A stretch of DNA of 64,000 bases from positions 30,952 through 94,951 of the IMG/VR virus record IMGVR_UViG_3300037509_000067. One strand, 5' to 3'. Shown here one piece after another: positions 53,301-61,994 of this stretch. The position numbers were made by a program, and so were the translations under genes. Numbering within the stretch: the first letter of the stretch is position 1; every line of letters starts with the position of its first letter. Origin of the DNA: a virus. The notes beneath the pieces are model-generated. The model saw only the letters and a list, made by a program, of their open reading frames with translations. It was not told the DNA's origin and did no database searches.

Positions 53301-55193
53301 TTACTCGACCAACAGCTGCAACGAGAGAAGCTGCGGAAAGAGGCGCGAATCAAGGCAATTGAGGATGTAAATCAGGCACGGGAAAAAGCTGTAGTACTGT
53401 CCACCACTCGGCGCGTTGAAGATGTCAAGTCGGAGCGGGCAGACCTTGAAGCGGCGGGAGCTGACCCAGAAGTAACCAAACGGGAAAGCGATGCAAAAAT
53501 CTCCCAAATCGAAGCAGATGCCGTACAGCAGCGCCTTGCCCTCAAGCGGAAAGAGTTTGCCGATAATCAGATGTTGGTGGCAGAAGGGACTAGGACTCGT
53601 GTTGAAGGAGCCAAGGTTGAGGCTGACCTCCTCAAGGAGATTGCGGACTTAGAAGTAGAAGTAGTTGATAAACAGTTAGAAGCTAACGAGCGGCTGCGTG
53701 AGGCACGGATTAAGGCGATAGAAGAGGCAAACAAGCTGGCTGAGGAAACAGTTGCCTTGTCTCAAGCTACAAGGATTACAGCCGTTAAAGAGTCTCAAGC
53801 TACTGGGGGATATGGAATAGATCCAGAGGCAGCGAAAAGGGAGGCAGAGCGACGCATCTCCGAAATTGAACAGGATGGCGTTCAAGAACGCATTCAGCTC
53901 AAACAGAAAGAACTCTCAGACGAGAAATCATTGATACAGGCTGGTCTTCGCAGTCGTGAGGAGGGGAACGCCAATGTTCGCCGACTTACCCAAGACCTTG
54001 CTCAGCTCAACCAAGAAGCCGTTGACAAGGAAATTGCCCAGCAAGATCGCCTTCGAGACGAGCGCACTCGTACAGCTGAAGAATATCTACGAACTAGAGA
54101 GTCCCAAGCTAATCAAGCGGTCGCATCCATTGAGCGAGAGAAAGATGCCAACGACTTACTACAGGAATCCATCAGTCGCACCAACTCCTTGATGGAGAGT
54201 CGGGTGAAGCTATCTAAAGCTGTGGCTGATGCTCAAATTTCCCAAGGGGAAGGGCAACTTAAGGCTACAGAACGAGCACTTGAATTATCCAAGAAATTAA
54301 AGGAAAAAAATCTAGATCCTCAAAAACGCGAACTCTACCGTTCTCAGTTATCACAGCTAGGATTTTCTCCAGATACGTCTGAAATGGAAATCCTGAACCG
54401 CAAGTTTCAAATCGAAGATGCGATCGCACAACTAAAAGCTAAGTCTCAAGAGCAGGAACTGCAATCTCAAATGCAGTTGCTGGAATTAGAAAATAAGCGT
54501 AGAATCTTGCAATCTCAAGCCGCAGTGCAAGATAAGGAGATGGAACGACTAAAAGTTGAGCAAGACATTCTTGTTAAACAAGGAGAATTGGATAAAGCTA
54601 TCATCAACGGAAACCAACAAGCCATTGTGATTGCAAACATTGATTTGCAAATTGCTAAAGATAAATTAAGTATTTCTGATCAGCAATTAGCCAGCGCTCA
54701 GGCAAATTTAGCGGTGCAACAGGAAATATCGGCAGAGGAGATGGCAGCTATGCAAGCAACGCAGGCAGTAGCCAGAGAGCAGATTAAGACTGAGGAGCTA
54801 TTAAGGAAGCAGCGTCAACAAGAGGAGATGCCGACTAGGAACTGGTTTAAACCGTTACCCCCTGGTCGCGCCAATGGCGGCTTTGTAACAGCTAAGAACA
54901 CATATATGGTAGGTGAACGTGGACCGGAATTATTTATTCCATCCACAAACGGGCAAATTGTCTCTAATGCGGCATTAACTTCTAAATCCTATTCAGCAGT
55001 TAACACATCCATTCCTAAAACGTCAGCGCCAACAGTAGCAGCAGGGGGATTTAACCGAGATGTAGTTACAGAGTTGCAAAAGCTTAACAATAGCCTTGGT
55101 AAAATGGCATCAGAGCCACGTTCAATCAGCGTGAATACAGCAAATCCGTTAGGTGATACGCTCAAAATCTTAAGCAATATGAATCGACCTTGA
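47367..55193 (+). CDS. Tape measure protein (2608 aa) with an internal HEXXH domain
   Basis: ELRQQLGEKFPPAIGTFARAMG tape-measure domain; C-terminal RANGG...VGERGPELF; HEIRH at 48951-48965. Confidence 0.93.
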   Translation: MGSVGAVSISLELDRSKYDKQIKELQKSDLELTADLCLDTKKFFSQFEKLKDGLGCIPVELCLDIKKFEADIKAISDHTISIQAELIIDKKQLDNLTSQVSVEVSTSGQGAKQAGQDFTNQISKGMEDALTDVARNSGMEEFGKGLINNLAGALPKTLLFPVKNIAEGFFMGIGDSFSKSLSPQFTKVFKQQTPTIQAFAEDFGDFFGQSLEEGLVKLDIYKRLPRGTPATPLKQASTPALPPAAVTIDVIPLKELDSTSKTLVATFKQLNDTVAASVKGLQTLRTSPQSTGASGTFLKGDVSNITAPEARSQVGEAVGKLKGKVDRLSKSADPAKRQQQVAQLLEEIARLEAQIDADVKNKDIPESVRRSLAQLKSRRTTTKTVNIAKLKSSLVEFQDAGLQDVESKSKELSSIIAQLEASFSVPSLSKMAKGMSGLSLSKASLKSPNELNKLALTNYQKIFEELAKRSGLDSAKVADSMPQLKFGGLPTGVAGRYNPTGNVVQLTGDFRKKLANFQLSKDDFDTIAHEIRHAFQFKLGKLSLEDIIGKGGAGVGLKSLGLGKGREGEVEASVQDFRQAFKQQFGRNPTYKIIAAVRKLEEDATQFASESIAVYRRLLQTPVRSGLKQEGDFSAIASQFSSLRGQVKDVASLKPILALLRRVEELQKSLAEDIRNEADKGVREQLGRLKNVQVSKLQGEISQVYQGAKEKIKPPSLEQKGRGAKQVKIAQTDESLTNLKSEFERLKPQAKDATSLKPLLNVVQQMRKLRDDVTREISDPKTSAKEKRRLAELQRSQLNPLAGAVESEYAAIKKGVRKSIDDQNKARRKFERQQDFAKNRPDVEFLSEGYFDRVYRWVESTMFRRMSKAGVKPKERRTLMSEAAGMAVSGAALVNPLATAATALAPLAPALAPLAITGTMLSSLLTPLIQSMAETLKRIEPVKKRFEYSGGGKEGGKQQEKFARGIAEDLNVPLATAMDEYSKLASAAKNTALEGQPVQELFEGISLSVKALGANTDDARLIYYAFTQMLSKGRISMEELRQQLGEKFPPAIGTFARAMGVSVQQFNKLVETGSLVSSEVLPKVAKQLKAEFGEAARSSATTFTSAMVRIENAVFKTQEALAEMFAPVLTVFANFFAMLQNFIGSNIGSIVKVLGAALIGVTAQFLVGLTVILKGTGLVATMTNALAPLFGRVFATLTPFAVGVMVDFMDDVLGAQHSVMENMTNFFANAVIGIFLTLEGLAKKIGELFEGFGGGGGGDFFGGIVNELKSLYSLIPSSVIEFGALFVMLTQMSALFKLQILSQLMWIGDAIKMTGKAFLESARNGKVFQSSLNTLTAGFSKLREIATFAAASLVVLFFAKADFSDPLRKSFENLADGAVSSFKRIEEAVDGVKGKVGEIPNEMPDFKSKGFDLTVGLGEQFGGGAFRTDDIIKMIRDAQLGYEKSLLGSGQINQGEYEERTQNIKDKTITVAEKNFQDRIIKLQELSETIGASIDKAGILKPGFAQNEAGKGLTEVKNIDKQVFDLQRQRVDRMDAGYKPESDDVIIQIDKRVNELLKQRSEAQKRIQSVATEIIKGSDTLGEVVKAIKENTEIPESAKQQAIDLLNPIIAQSAQAKEKLEEMGAVDLSPLTEQFQKVKKRLDETQISFDKFNAKLTLSQSQGQAGIQERAASGAINDDQAKKQSIQLEQQGLSERLKKLREYVSDRKDMLRDLYAIPNPTDDQKKLIDDTKKEIEKSELETAQTRIQLAQKVLEGKRTTEQQALEELRRANTAAQSVAQKTESERVGRIKGLQVSGLIQPEDAEKLIGDEQTRAAKEQARQQIEAANNQIETTRRLRSQNIIDVRRAGELEREANQQIAEANLKIIEAELQARERAKQRRIQQIEEITAKESATQAQKFSDASQGVKSRQLGGKLTDDEASREQSQLEIVDTEERLKLKQLELSRTKQLRNEGTLSLKEYTGKERQLLQDIEQMESQLLDQQLQREKLRKEARIKAIEDVNQAREKAVVLSTTRRVEDVKSERADLEAAGADPEVTKRESDAKISQIEADAVQQRLALKRKEFADNQMLVAEGTRTRVEGAKVEADLLKEIADLEVEVVDKQLEANERLREARIKAIEEANKLAEETVALSQATRITAVKESQATGGYGIDPEAAKREAERRISEIEQDGVQERIQLKQKELSDEKSLIQAGLRSREEGNANVRRLTQDLAQLNQEAVDKEIAQQDRLRDERTRTAEEYLRTRESQANQAVASIEREKDANDLLQESISRTNSLMESRVKLSKAVADAQISQGEGQLKATERALELSKKLKEKNLDPQKRELYRSQLSQLGFSPDTSEMEILNRKFQIEDAIAQLKAKSQEQELQSQMQLLELENKRRILQSQAAVQDKEMERLKVEQDILVKQGELDKAIINGNQQAIVIANIDLQIAKDKLSISDQQLASAQANLAVQQEISAEEMAAMQATQAVAREQIKTEELLRKQRQQEEMPTRNWFKPLPPGRANGGFVTAKNTYMVGERGPELFIPSTNGQIVSNAALTSKSYSAVNTSIPKTSAPTVAAGGFNRDVVTELQKLNNSLGKMASEPRSISVNTANPLGDTLKILSNMNRP

Positions 55194-55702
55194 TAATGCG
55201 ATCGCTATCTCTCTCCCATGTTTCACCCCAAGGTAGTCTTCTACTGAGAATCCCATCTAATCGGGTAACCAGCATGGAAGCCCCTACGCCTATCGAATTT
55301 ACAAATATTAGCCACTCGGTAACAGGAGTAGCGATCGCTACTGGTACTTTCTACGAGCCGCGCTTTAATTGGCAGTTAACAGCGCTACTGATTGAAGAAG
55401 AGTTTAAGGTTTTGCAAGGATTGTGGTATCGTAGCGAGTTGCAGCGACGAACATTCCGAGCAAACCCCGGAATAGTTTTAGTAGATGCCATCAATCCGTA
55501 TATCGAGAACAGTCCACCTACAAGGGCAATTGCCCCAGGCACCACAGCCAATTTTAGGCTAGATGGGTTAGTTGATTATTTTGCAGTATGGAAGGTTTGG
55601 ATCAGTTCTTTTAAAGCTTCCCCAGAAGGGCGATTTCACAGTACTGCAATATCAATGATCGAGGTTGCTCGTGTAACGGAGTACCACCTTGTCAATGTCT
55701 AA
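55190..55702 (+). CDS. Distal tail protein-like
   Basis: Immediately after the tape measure gene, coupled. Confidence 0.55.
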   Translation: MIMRSLSLSHVSPQGSLLLRIPSNRVTSMEAPTPIEFTNISHSVTGVAIATGTFYEPRFNWQLTALLIEEEFKVLQGLWYRSELQRRTFRANPGIVLVDAINPYIENSPPTRAIAPGTTANFRLDGLVDYFAVWKVWISSFKASPEGRFHSTAISMIEVARVTEYHLVNV

Positions 55703-58115
55703 TTTTGAAACTAATTACTACTACTATCTCAATTTAACTAACTTAGACAAAGATATAAGCCCAGGTCAGTTTAAGGTATTAGTAGGAGGATTAGACTTTA
55801 CATCATTCGTCACCCAAGTCGGAATCCGCAGACCCAAAGCAGAGATTAATACACCTTATAGCTGGGAAGGCGAATTAGTTCTTTCAGAACCAATCAACGC
55901 CACTCTTCTACCAGAAAGTTTAGATGATCTACAAAACCCAGCGCGATGGGCAATAGGTGTTCACCCCATTCAAATTTATTTTGGTGGAGTTTTATTTGTA
56001 ACGTTGCGAATTCATCGTTATTTTTACGATGAAAAATCAAGGCAAGGGAAAGCGCAACTGACTGATCAGCTGGGATTGAGGGATTACATGACTCCCGCTG
56101 AAGACTTTGAAGGTTTAGGTTTTACAGTAGGTTCTAATACCCCTGCTACATCTGTGGTTGACAAAGCTCTGTTCTTGGCTGGATGCGGAGGTTCAGTCAG
56201 TATCCCAGGAAGTTATGAAGTTCCACCCAATAAATTCAATGAAAGCTATATATCTTTTGCTCAAAAGATTTGTGGTGAACGAGGATATTGGCTTTATTGC
56301 GATAAAAATGAGCTGGTCTCTGCTGTTTATTACAATCGTAAAATTTCGGCTCAACCGCTTTTTTTGCGTTCCAGGGATTGGGTTGATGATTTTGATCGGC
56401 AAGATGGAATGGAAATACCTGCACAATTATATAGAGTTACAGGTACGGCCGAAGGAATTGCCAAGTGCAATGCTAATAAAGATGGGGTTATTCTCGAAGA
56501 ATTTATTGAGCTTCCTAGCGGACATATAGCGCTGCTCAGACGAGAAACTGTAGAGATTTTGAAAAATGGTCCCGACATCTTGCAGAAGAAAATCAAGGTT
56601 GAAGCGGCACTTGGCGCTATAATGCCCGATGATCATCCTAATAAATTAGGCGTCTACAAAATAGAAGAAACCTTAGAAACATCCTTGTACAATACAAAAG
56701 ATGGACGCTTACTAAGTTTTACCCAGGAAACAGGACGCTTACTAGGATTAGCTCTACCTAATGATTATCCAGGAAATAGGCAATTTATTAAGCTTGCTGA
56801 AAAATTAGAAGAGGCTTATTTCTGTTACTTACCTGGGGAAATTGGGCGCGTTGATGATTCAGTGCTGAGGCAAAAAACGCACAATATTAAAAAGTTATAT
56901 CTAAGCCCAATTGCCCCTACTGGTAACGAACCCAGTAATGTTTTGGTTTTTAGCAACGCTAAATACATTTTTGCAGACAGCGAAATTATCGCCGAGACTT
57001 GGAATAATGGTAATTCACAAAAGCAGCCACCTTGCCTAAGATTCACTTATAGAAAAGTATCCTATATTCGCCAAGAACCACAGCTTAGTGAAGGTGAAGG
57101 GGAAGAATCAACATCAGGAAACAAAGTGGTTACTTTTGGTGCCAGACGCGATATAGGCGCAATGAAGCGCACTTCTGAAGTTGATTATGATGCTACTGCC
57201 CCTGCATGGCCCACAAGAGAGCCGGATACTCCAGTGGGCAGCTACGACATTAAGGGAGAATGTTATAAAACACCGGCAACGTATAGCCCGTATGTAGAAA
57301 AAGAATTTGAAACTACTTGTTCAACCCTAACAACCGACGCTGAAGCAAAAGAGCTTGCTTGCTTGATCGGCGACCTGCAAAATGAACGTTACTTGAGCCG
57401 CCTAATCACCTTACCTCTTGCATTGGAGTATTTAAATAACCCAACCCCGTTTGCTATTGTCCACATCCACAATGGTGCGTTTATTATGGACAGTCCAGCT
57501 CTTGCGCTTGAAAAAGCTGAGGGTGGATACAAGCTAGAATTAAGCTTTGTTGGCAATTATTTGGGTGCAATTCCAGCTTTACCCAGTGCCCCATCAGCAC
57601 CTGTGTTTATTCCGGTAAAAGCGGGTCTTGGGGTAGCACTGCCACCTTTAGAAATTCCAAGCTACCCTATTGAAACACCTGTTTCCCCCTACATTGATAT
57701 TGGAAAAATCCTGGTAGATCATACACATATTGTTGATGCCTCCGAACCAGCTGCCATAGAAGAAATCTTGGAGGTCTTAGTTCAACACGAACATTATCCC
57801 TTCTCGGCAAATTTAATCGACACAAATCATGAACATTTAATAAAGACAGAAAATTACAATGAAATTTCTGCAACTCATGAACATGCGCCATTGACAACCA
57901 TACTTTCAGAAAATTACAATGAAATTTCTGTAACTCATGGACATGTCCTATTAACAACCATACTTTCAGAAAATTACAATGAAATATTAGCTAGTCATCA
58001 ACACGAAATCAGTGTAGTTTTAATAGAAACTGCAATTCAACATCAACATACTGTAGATTCAACACTAATTAGTGTGATCGCCGATCATTCGCACCAACCT
58101 CTTGTAAGTCAATAA
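55689..58115 (+). CDS. Tail tip/hub protein with a His-rich HxH C-terminal extension
   Basis: Position; 8 HxH motifs in the last ~135 aa. Confidence 0.65.
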   Translation: MSMSNFETNYYYYLNLTNLDKDISPGQFKVLVGGLDFTSFVTQVGIRRPKAEINTPYSWEGELVLSEPINATLLPESLDDLQNPARWAIGVHPIQIYFGGVLFVTLRIHRYFYDEKSRQGKAQLTDQLGLRDYMTPAEDFEGLGFTVGSNTPATSVVDKALFLAGCGGSVSIPGSYEVPPNKFNESYISFAQKICGERGYWLYCDKNELVSAVYYNRKISAQPLFLRSRDWVDDFDRQDGMEIPAQLYRVTGTAEGIAKCNANKDGVILEEFIELPSGHIALLRRETVEILKNGPDILQKKIKVEAALGAIMPDDHPNKLGVYKIEETLETSLYNTKDGRLLSFTQETGRLLGLALPNDYPGNRQFIKLAEKLEEAYFCYLPGEIGRVDDSVLRQKTHNIKKLYLSPIAPTGNEPSNVLVFSNAKYIFADSEIIAETWNNGNSQKQPPCLRFTYRKVSYIRQEPQLSEGEGEESTSGNKVVTFGARRDIGAMKRTSEVDYDATAPAWPTREPDTPVGSYDIKGECYKTPATYSPYVEKEFETTCSTLTTDAEAKELACLIGDLQNERYLSRLITLPLALEYLNNPTPFAIVHIHNGAFIMDSPALALEKAEGGYKLELSFVGNYLGAIPALPSAPSAPVFIPVKAGLGVALPPLEIPSYPIETPVSPYIDIGKILVDHTHIVDASEPAAIEEILEVLVQHEHYPFSANLIDTNHEHLIKTENYNEISATHEHAPLTTILSENYNEISVTHGHVLLTTILSENYNEILASHQHEISVVLIETAIQHQHTVDSTLISVIADHSHQPLVSQ
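57847..58005 (+). repeat. 60-bp coding tandem repeat, about 3 units
   Basis: CAGAAAATTACAATGAAAT at 57847, 57907 and 57967. Confidence 0.9.
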
Positions 58116-58804
58116 TGCCATTAACTTCAGAAGACGTAGCAGATCAGCTTAGTAAGCTTTATCAATTTTCAGGAGCAGGTACCACACTTTGGTTTGCTTT
58201 ATTTGATGAAGCGAGACTTGTTAACCTTAACTGCACTGTTGCAGAAACTACTGGAACTTTCACAGCAGCAGGGCACAATTATGTTGCTAACACTCGTGTA
58301 AGATTTTCAACCACAGGAACATTACCTGGTGGATTGGTCGCCAATCAAGACTATTTCATCTCCAGCCCTGCTACAGGCACGTTTAGAGTGGCTACATCCT
58401 CCGGAGGGACTGCAATTGCTTCATTCACAGACCCTGGAACGGGAACTCTTACTGTTTCTGAACAAACGCCCACTGAAACAGATCCGCTTACTGTTTGGGC
58501 AAGGCTAGAGGCAAATTACCAAGGCTCTGCTCGACAAGCTGGTGCTGCCCTAGCAACTAACACTATTAGATATGATTCGGTTGGTCGCCGAGGTCTCATA
58601 GATGGTGTCCTGCTCCGATTCACCCCAACTACAGCAGCCTTGAACTTTCGGTGGTGGGGACTGATCATAGGTGGTGTTGTAACAACTGGCAGCTCGTCAG
58701 GTCGTTTACGTTTTTTGAGTAACGAATTTTCTAACACTCAAACCATCGCCAGGAATAATTCCTTCTCTAGGTTATTTACCCCTCAAATGTTTCTCGGTAC
58801 CTGA
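58115..58804 (+). CDS. Minor tail/fibre protein
   Basis: GHNY...VRFSTTGTLPGGLVANQDYFI...TFRVATS module common in tail proteins. Confidence 0.65.
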   Translation: MPLTSEDVADQLSKLYQFSGAGTTLWFALFDEARLVNLNCTVAETTGTFTAAGHNYVANTRVRFSTTGTLPGGLVANQDYFISSPATGTFRVATSSGGTAIASFTDPGTGTLTVSEQTPTETDPLTVWARLEANYQGSARQAGAALATNTIRYDSVGRRGLIDGVLLRFTPTTAALNFRWWGLIIGGVVTTGSSSGRLRFLSNEFSNTQTIARNNSFSRLFTPQMFLGT

Positions 58805-58807
58805 TAA

Positions 58808-60283
58808 ATGTTACCTTTGTCGCGCCTTCTCCAAATTCAAAATGATTTTGATCACAAGAGAGTAATTCAAACAGGGCGGCAGCAGCCACTAGAAGCACGG
58901 GTCGGAGAAAGACATGCAGCATCAGGTCGAGAGATTGTGACGTTTCCAAATGGTGGAAAGGCGATCGCAGGTGTTCGCACATTTGATGCCTCAATTCCAG
59001 TCGGAACGCGGGTAATGGCATCTCAGGCACCTGGGAGTCAAGCAATATCGTTGTCGTATAAAAATGCGCCTAATATTGCAGTTCCTGAAACAGAAGATAC
59101 CGCCTATCCAATTAAGATATTGTTTTATGGGACGATTGATGGGGTAACAGGGTTTTATGTAGGAGGCGATCGACCAATCCCGAAAAAAATTGATATCCCC
59201 CCAGAATACAATAAACCACGAGCGGCTAATTATAATCGGGGTCGGTGGCATGGATTTACAAACTCTGGTAGGGGGCTAAATAATTGGATTGCTGCTTTTA
59301 TAAAGAACAATGAATCGCCCGTCATTGAAGGTAAACTCCCAACTACGTATATGGTAGATGGATTGGGGAATGTCTATGAAAATACACCTGAAATATACAT
59401 CGGAGGTGTCATAGTAACTGGCATCCGACAAGGTTCTACTTATAACAGAAGTCGCTTTTACCTAGCTTATTCATACGGTAATGCATCCGTAGATGGTCAA
59501 TCTGTCATGAAATGTTACTATCAAGATTTTTATTTTTGGTCTTCAACATTCCGCCACTTTATTGATTATTTTTCTACGCCTTATAGCGGCTTTACCGGAG
59601 GCAATTATACTTCGACAGTAAGCACATTTAAAGATTCTTTTAAAGGTTCTGCATTTACGCTTGGATACAATGGAGCAGGACATCTTTGGTTTTACCCAGA
59701 AGGCTGGAACGTTGTTGAATCTTTTATTAAACCAGATTTTGCTTTACAAAGTGGTGTAACTTTAGGCGAAAACCTAGGGCATTGGAACTCCCTTTTAAAT
59801 GGGAAGGAGAACAAAACGGCGATCGCTGTTAAATCTAGCTATCATAATCAAAATGTTACGGTTCCGAACTTAACACAAATATCACCGGTGTCGATAGATG
59901 ATGGGAGATATCAACTCTTTTTTGTTGCTTCTGATAATAGCTTAGTACCAATAGATAAAGATGTAATTTTCAATTTTGGGTTTCAAGCAGCTCTTGGTAC
60001 CACCACTTTTTCGGATCAATTAAATCTAAAGCTACCAACAAGCCAAGAATGGGCTGGATATGACGTAAGAACACATCTTGGCACTCTTGTAGGAAATGTA
60101 CTCTATAAGCCTATTGTTAGTAATCTTAAGGATAGCCAATTTGAGAAAGACGGAATTCTTAAAATAAAAGGCTATGACTTTATAAGAAAAGTGTATTTAG
60201 AAACTTCAGCAAACTTCTATAAAATCCCACCAAGAAGTATTATTCAAAAAATAGCTTATCATGGGAAGTTTTTTCCGATATAG
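58808..60283 (+). CDS. Putative tail/receptor-binding protein
   Basis: 491 aa, aromatic-rich and AT-richer C-terminal part. Confidence 0.55.
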   Translation: MLPLSRLLQIQNDFDHKRVIQTGRQQPLEARVGERHAASGREIVTFPNGGKAIAGVRTFDASIPVGTRVMASQAPGSQAISLSYKNAPNIAVPETEDTAYPIKILFYGTIDGVTGFYVGGDRPIPKKIDIPPEYNKPRAANYNRGRWHGFTNSGRGLNNWIAAFIKNNESPVIEGKLPTTYMVDGLGNVYENTPEIYIGGVIVTGIRQGSTYNRSRFYLAYSYGNASVDGQSVMKCYYQDFYFWSSTFRHFIDYFSTPYSGFTGGNYTSTVSTFKDSFKGSAFTLGYNGAGHLWFYPEGWNVVESFIKPDFALQSGVTLGENLGHWNSLLNGKENKTAIAVKSSYHNQNVTVPNLTQISPVSIDDGRYQLFFVASDNSLVPIDKDVIFNFGFQAALGTTTFSDQLNLKLPTSQEWAGYDVRTHLGTLVGNVLYKPIVSNLKDSQFEKDGILKIKGYDFIRKVYLETSANFYKIPPRSIIQKIAYHGKFFPI

Positions 60284-60284
60284 T

Positions 60285-60551
60285 ATGGCACTTAATACAA
60301 GCTTACATTTGCAGTTTCAAAGTAATATTAATTATTGGAATCGCACTGTATCTTTTCGTCAAGCAATCATTAGTAATCCTGCTACATCAGGCAGTCTTAT
60401 TGGTCGAGATCCGGCGACCGGACAGCATAAAATCAAAATATCCAATGGAGGAACAGTCCGGGCGTCTAGCCTTTCCTCAAATAGCTATCCCGCAGGCTCC
60501 AGATTGCCAACAACTTGGATGGGAAATCCCTCTGGGTTTATAGATGCCTGA
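60285..60551 (+). CDS. Small tail-associated protein
   Basis: Resembles the N-terminus of the 58808 protein (G.....+...NGG...). Confidence 0.5.
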   Translation: MALNTSLHLQFQSNINYWNRTVSFRQAIISNPATSGSLIGRDPATGQHKIKISNGGTVRASSLSSNSYPAGSRLPTTWMGNPSGFIDA

Positions 60552-60631
60552 GTCGATCTATGAGCTGAATGGGGTTTCTGTAAACGTTAACAGGTAGGAA
60601 ATTCCAGTATGTTAACGTTTGCACATTTCCT

Positions 60632-60681
60632 AGAAGTCCTTCCATTTTCTCTTCACATTTCAGTCTGTCAGACAACAAAGG
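60632..60681. repeat. 50-bp non-coding element, copy B
   Basis: 40/50 identity to 6391-6440; preceded by inverted repeat AAACGTTAACA...TGTTAACGTTT. Confidence 0.65.
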
Positions 60682-60900
60682 TTTGCATTGACGACTCCCC
60701 ACGTCTAAAGACGGGGGATTCTTGCGGCTTCTGAACGAAGCCGTAAGCTACGCTGGAGATGAGGACGGAACTTTACTCCAACGGGACTCGCCATCAGTCC
60801 AACTACTGGGGTTGAGTCCCCCAGATACTTTCTACGAATATTGATAGAACCAACACCATCACGGTGATACTGAAAGCCGCAGTGCCGACAACGGTAGTTG
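60668..60900 (-). ncRNA. Predicted omegaRNA/reRNA of TnpB-2 (extent approximate)
   Basis: Inference from TnpB biology; guide would begin TGCAAACCTTTGTTGTCTGA. Confidence 0.4.
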
Positions 60901-61950
60901 CGGTTTTTCGGTTTGTGACGCTTGCCGCACGACGGACAGGTTTGAGAGGTATATGCTTCGTTGATTAATTCAACCTTCATCCCAAGTCTCACCGCCTTAT
61001 ATGTGAGCATATGGCGTACTTCACCAAACACCCACTGATGCAGCTTTTGATTAACCTTCTTTCCATAATCTAAAGCTTGCCTGATATCTCGCACATCGCC
61101 AATTACCAACGTTTGCACACCCCTATTTTTTAGTGTGGAAACAATTAAGCTGGTCGTTTTGTGAAGGATATCTTTAATCTGATTCTTCAGTTTCGCCAGT
61201 TGTTTTTGTTTGCTCTTAACCAAACGCTTGCGAGATTTAGAGCCTCGTTGCTTTTTGTCGATAAGACCCGACAGTTTAGCCTTGAGCTTGTTTTGGTAGC
61301 GACGAACAGAGCGCAGGTATCGACCATTGAAGATATCAGTATTGATGCCATCGTGAGTGACAGCTAGATGAATTTCACCCAAATCAACACCCGCAATATT
61401 ACCCTGACTGTTTTGTTGTTCAACTTCTACGGGATAACAGGCTCTTAGTTCGTACTGACTACCGTTCCAACCCATCTCTACAATTTTTGGCTTTTCCCAA
61501 TGCCAATCAACAGCCAGTAATTCATTCCCTTTGCCGTTGGACAGTATGAGTTTTCCGTTTTTTAGGCGAATGGCTGATGTTTTCCAGGTAACTTTGTAGA
61601 ACCATCTACGCCGTCTTGGTGGTTTGGCGCTGGGATCTGATTTTCGTCTTGCTCTCCATGACTGGAGAGAAGCGTAGAAGTTTTGGACAACGGCATCAGC
61701 ACTATGAGCGTGTAGCTCATCTGAGTTGTGCCAGCGCATCATAGATGAAGCTTTCATCCAAATGTTCTTATGCCGCACGGTGCGCCAAAAGCTAACCACC
61801 GTGCGACTGTATAGTTCACCTGCTGCCCGTGCCAATTTGTCTAGCTGTTCAGTTTTGCCGATTTTTAATTTGCGAACTGTACAGTTAGACATCTCGGTAC
61901 TTGTGGGGCTTTCTCTGTTTCCTGTCAGGTCGCTTTTCAGAGTGTTTGTA
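60688..61950 (-). mobile_element. Second IS200/IS605-family tnpB element (left end not located)
   Basis: Right end GAAT-CCCCCGTCTTTAGACGTGGGG-AGTCG-TCAA on the minus strand; no tnpA. Confidence 0.8.
60705..61892 (-). CDS. tnpB: RNA-guided endonuclease TnpB (distinct lineage from TnpB-1)
   Basis: GVDLG, VIGD, HRDGVGSINI; CPSC...CRHC. Confidence 0.92.
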   Translation of the reverse strand: MSNCTVRKLKIGKTEQLDKLARAAGELYSRTVVSFWRTVRHKNIWMKASSMMRWHNSDELHAHSADAVVQNFYASLQSWRARRKSDPSAKPPRRRRWFYKVTWKTSAIRLKNGKLILSNGKGNELLAVDWHWEKPKIVEMGWNGSQYELRACYPVEVEQQNSQGNIAGVDLGEIHLAVTHDGINTDIFNGRYLRSVRRYQNKLKAKLSGLIDKKQRGSKSRKRLVKSKQKQLAKLKNQIKDILHKTTSLIVSTLKNRGVQTLVIGDVRDIRQALDYGKKVNQKLHQWVFGEVRHMLTYKAVRLGMKVELINEAYTSQTCPSCGKRHKPKNRNYRCRHCGFQYHRDGVGSINIRRKYLGDSTPVVGLMASPVGVKFRPHLQRSLRLRSEAARIPRL

Positions 61951-61994
61951 GCAATATCCAGATTGGTTGTTTTTCTGGAGTGCCTTTCGGCACT

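Larger units (their letters stand above)
1..60551. mobile_element. Temperate siphovirus-like cyanobacterial prophage or phage-plasmid (boundaries not visible in window)
   Basis: Syntenic terminase-portal-protease-capsid-neck-tail tube-chaperone-tape measure-tail tip genes, plus a lambdoid-type replication and immunity region; dense HIP1 sites. Confidence 0.93.

Noticed and set aside
55689-60551. Diversity-generating retroelement acting on tail genes
   Set aside because: No reverse transcriptase ORF and no TR/VR pair differing at adenines was seen.
6391-60681. The 50-bp repeat pair as attL/attR
   Set aside because: Only 80% identical, phage-type genes continue left of copy A, and no integrase is adjacent; kept as an unexplained repeat.
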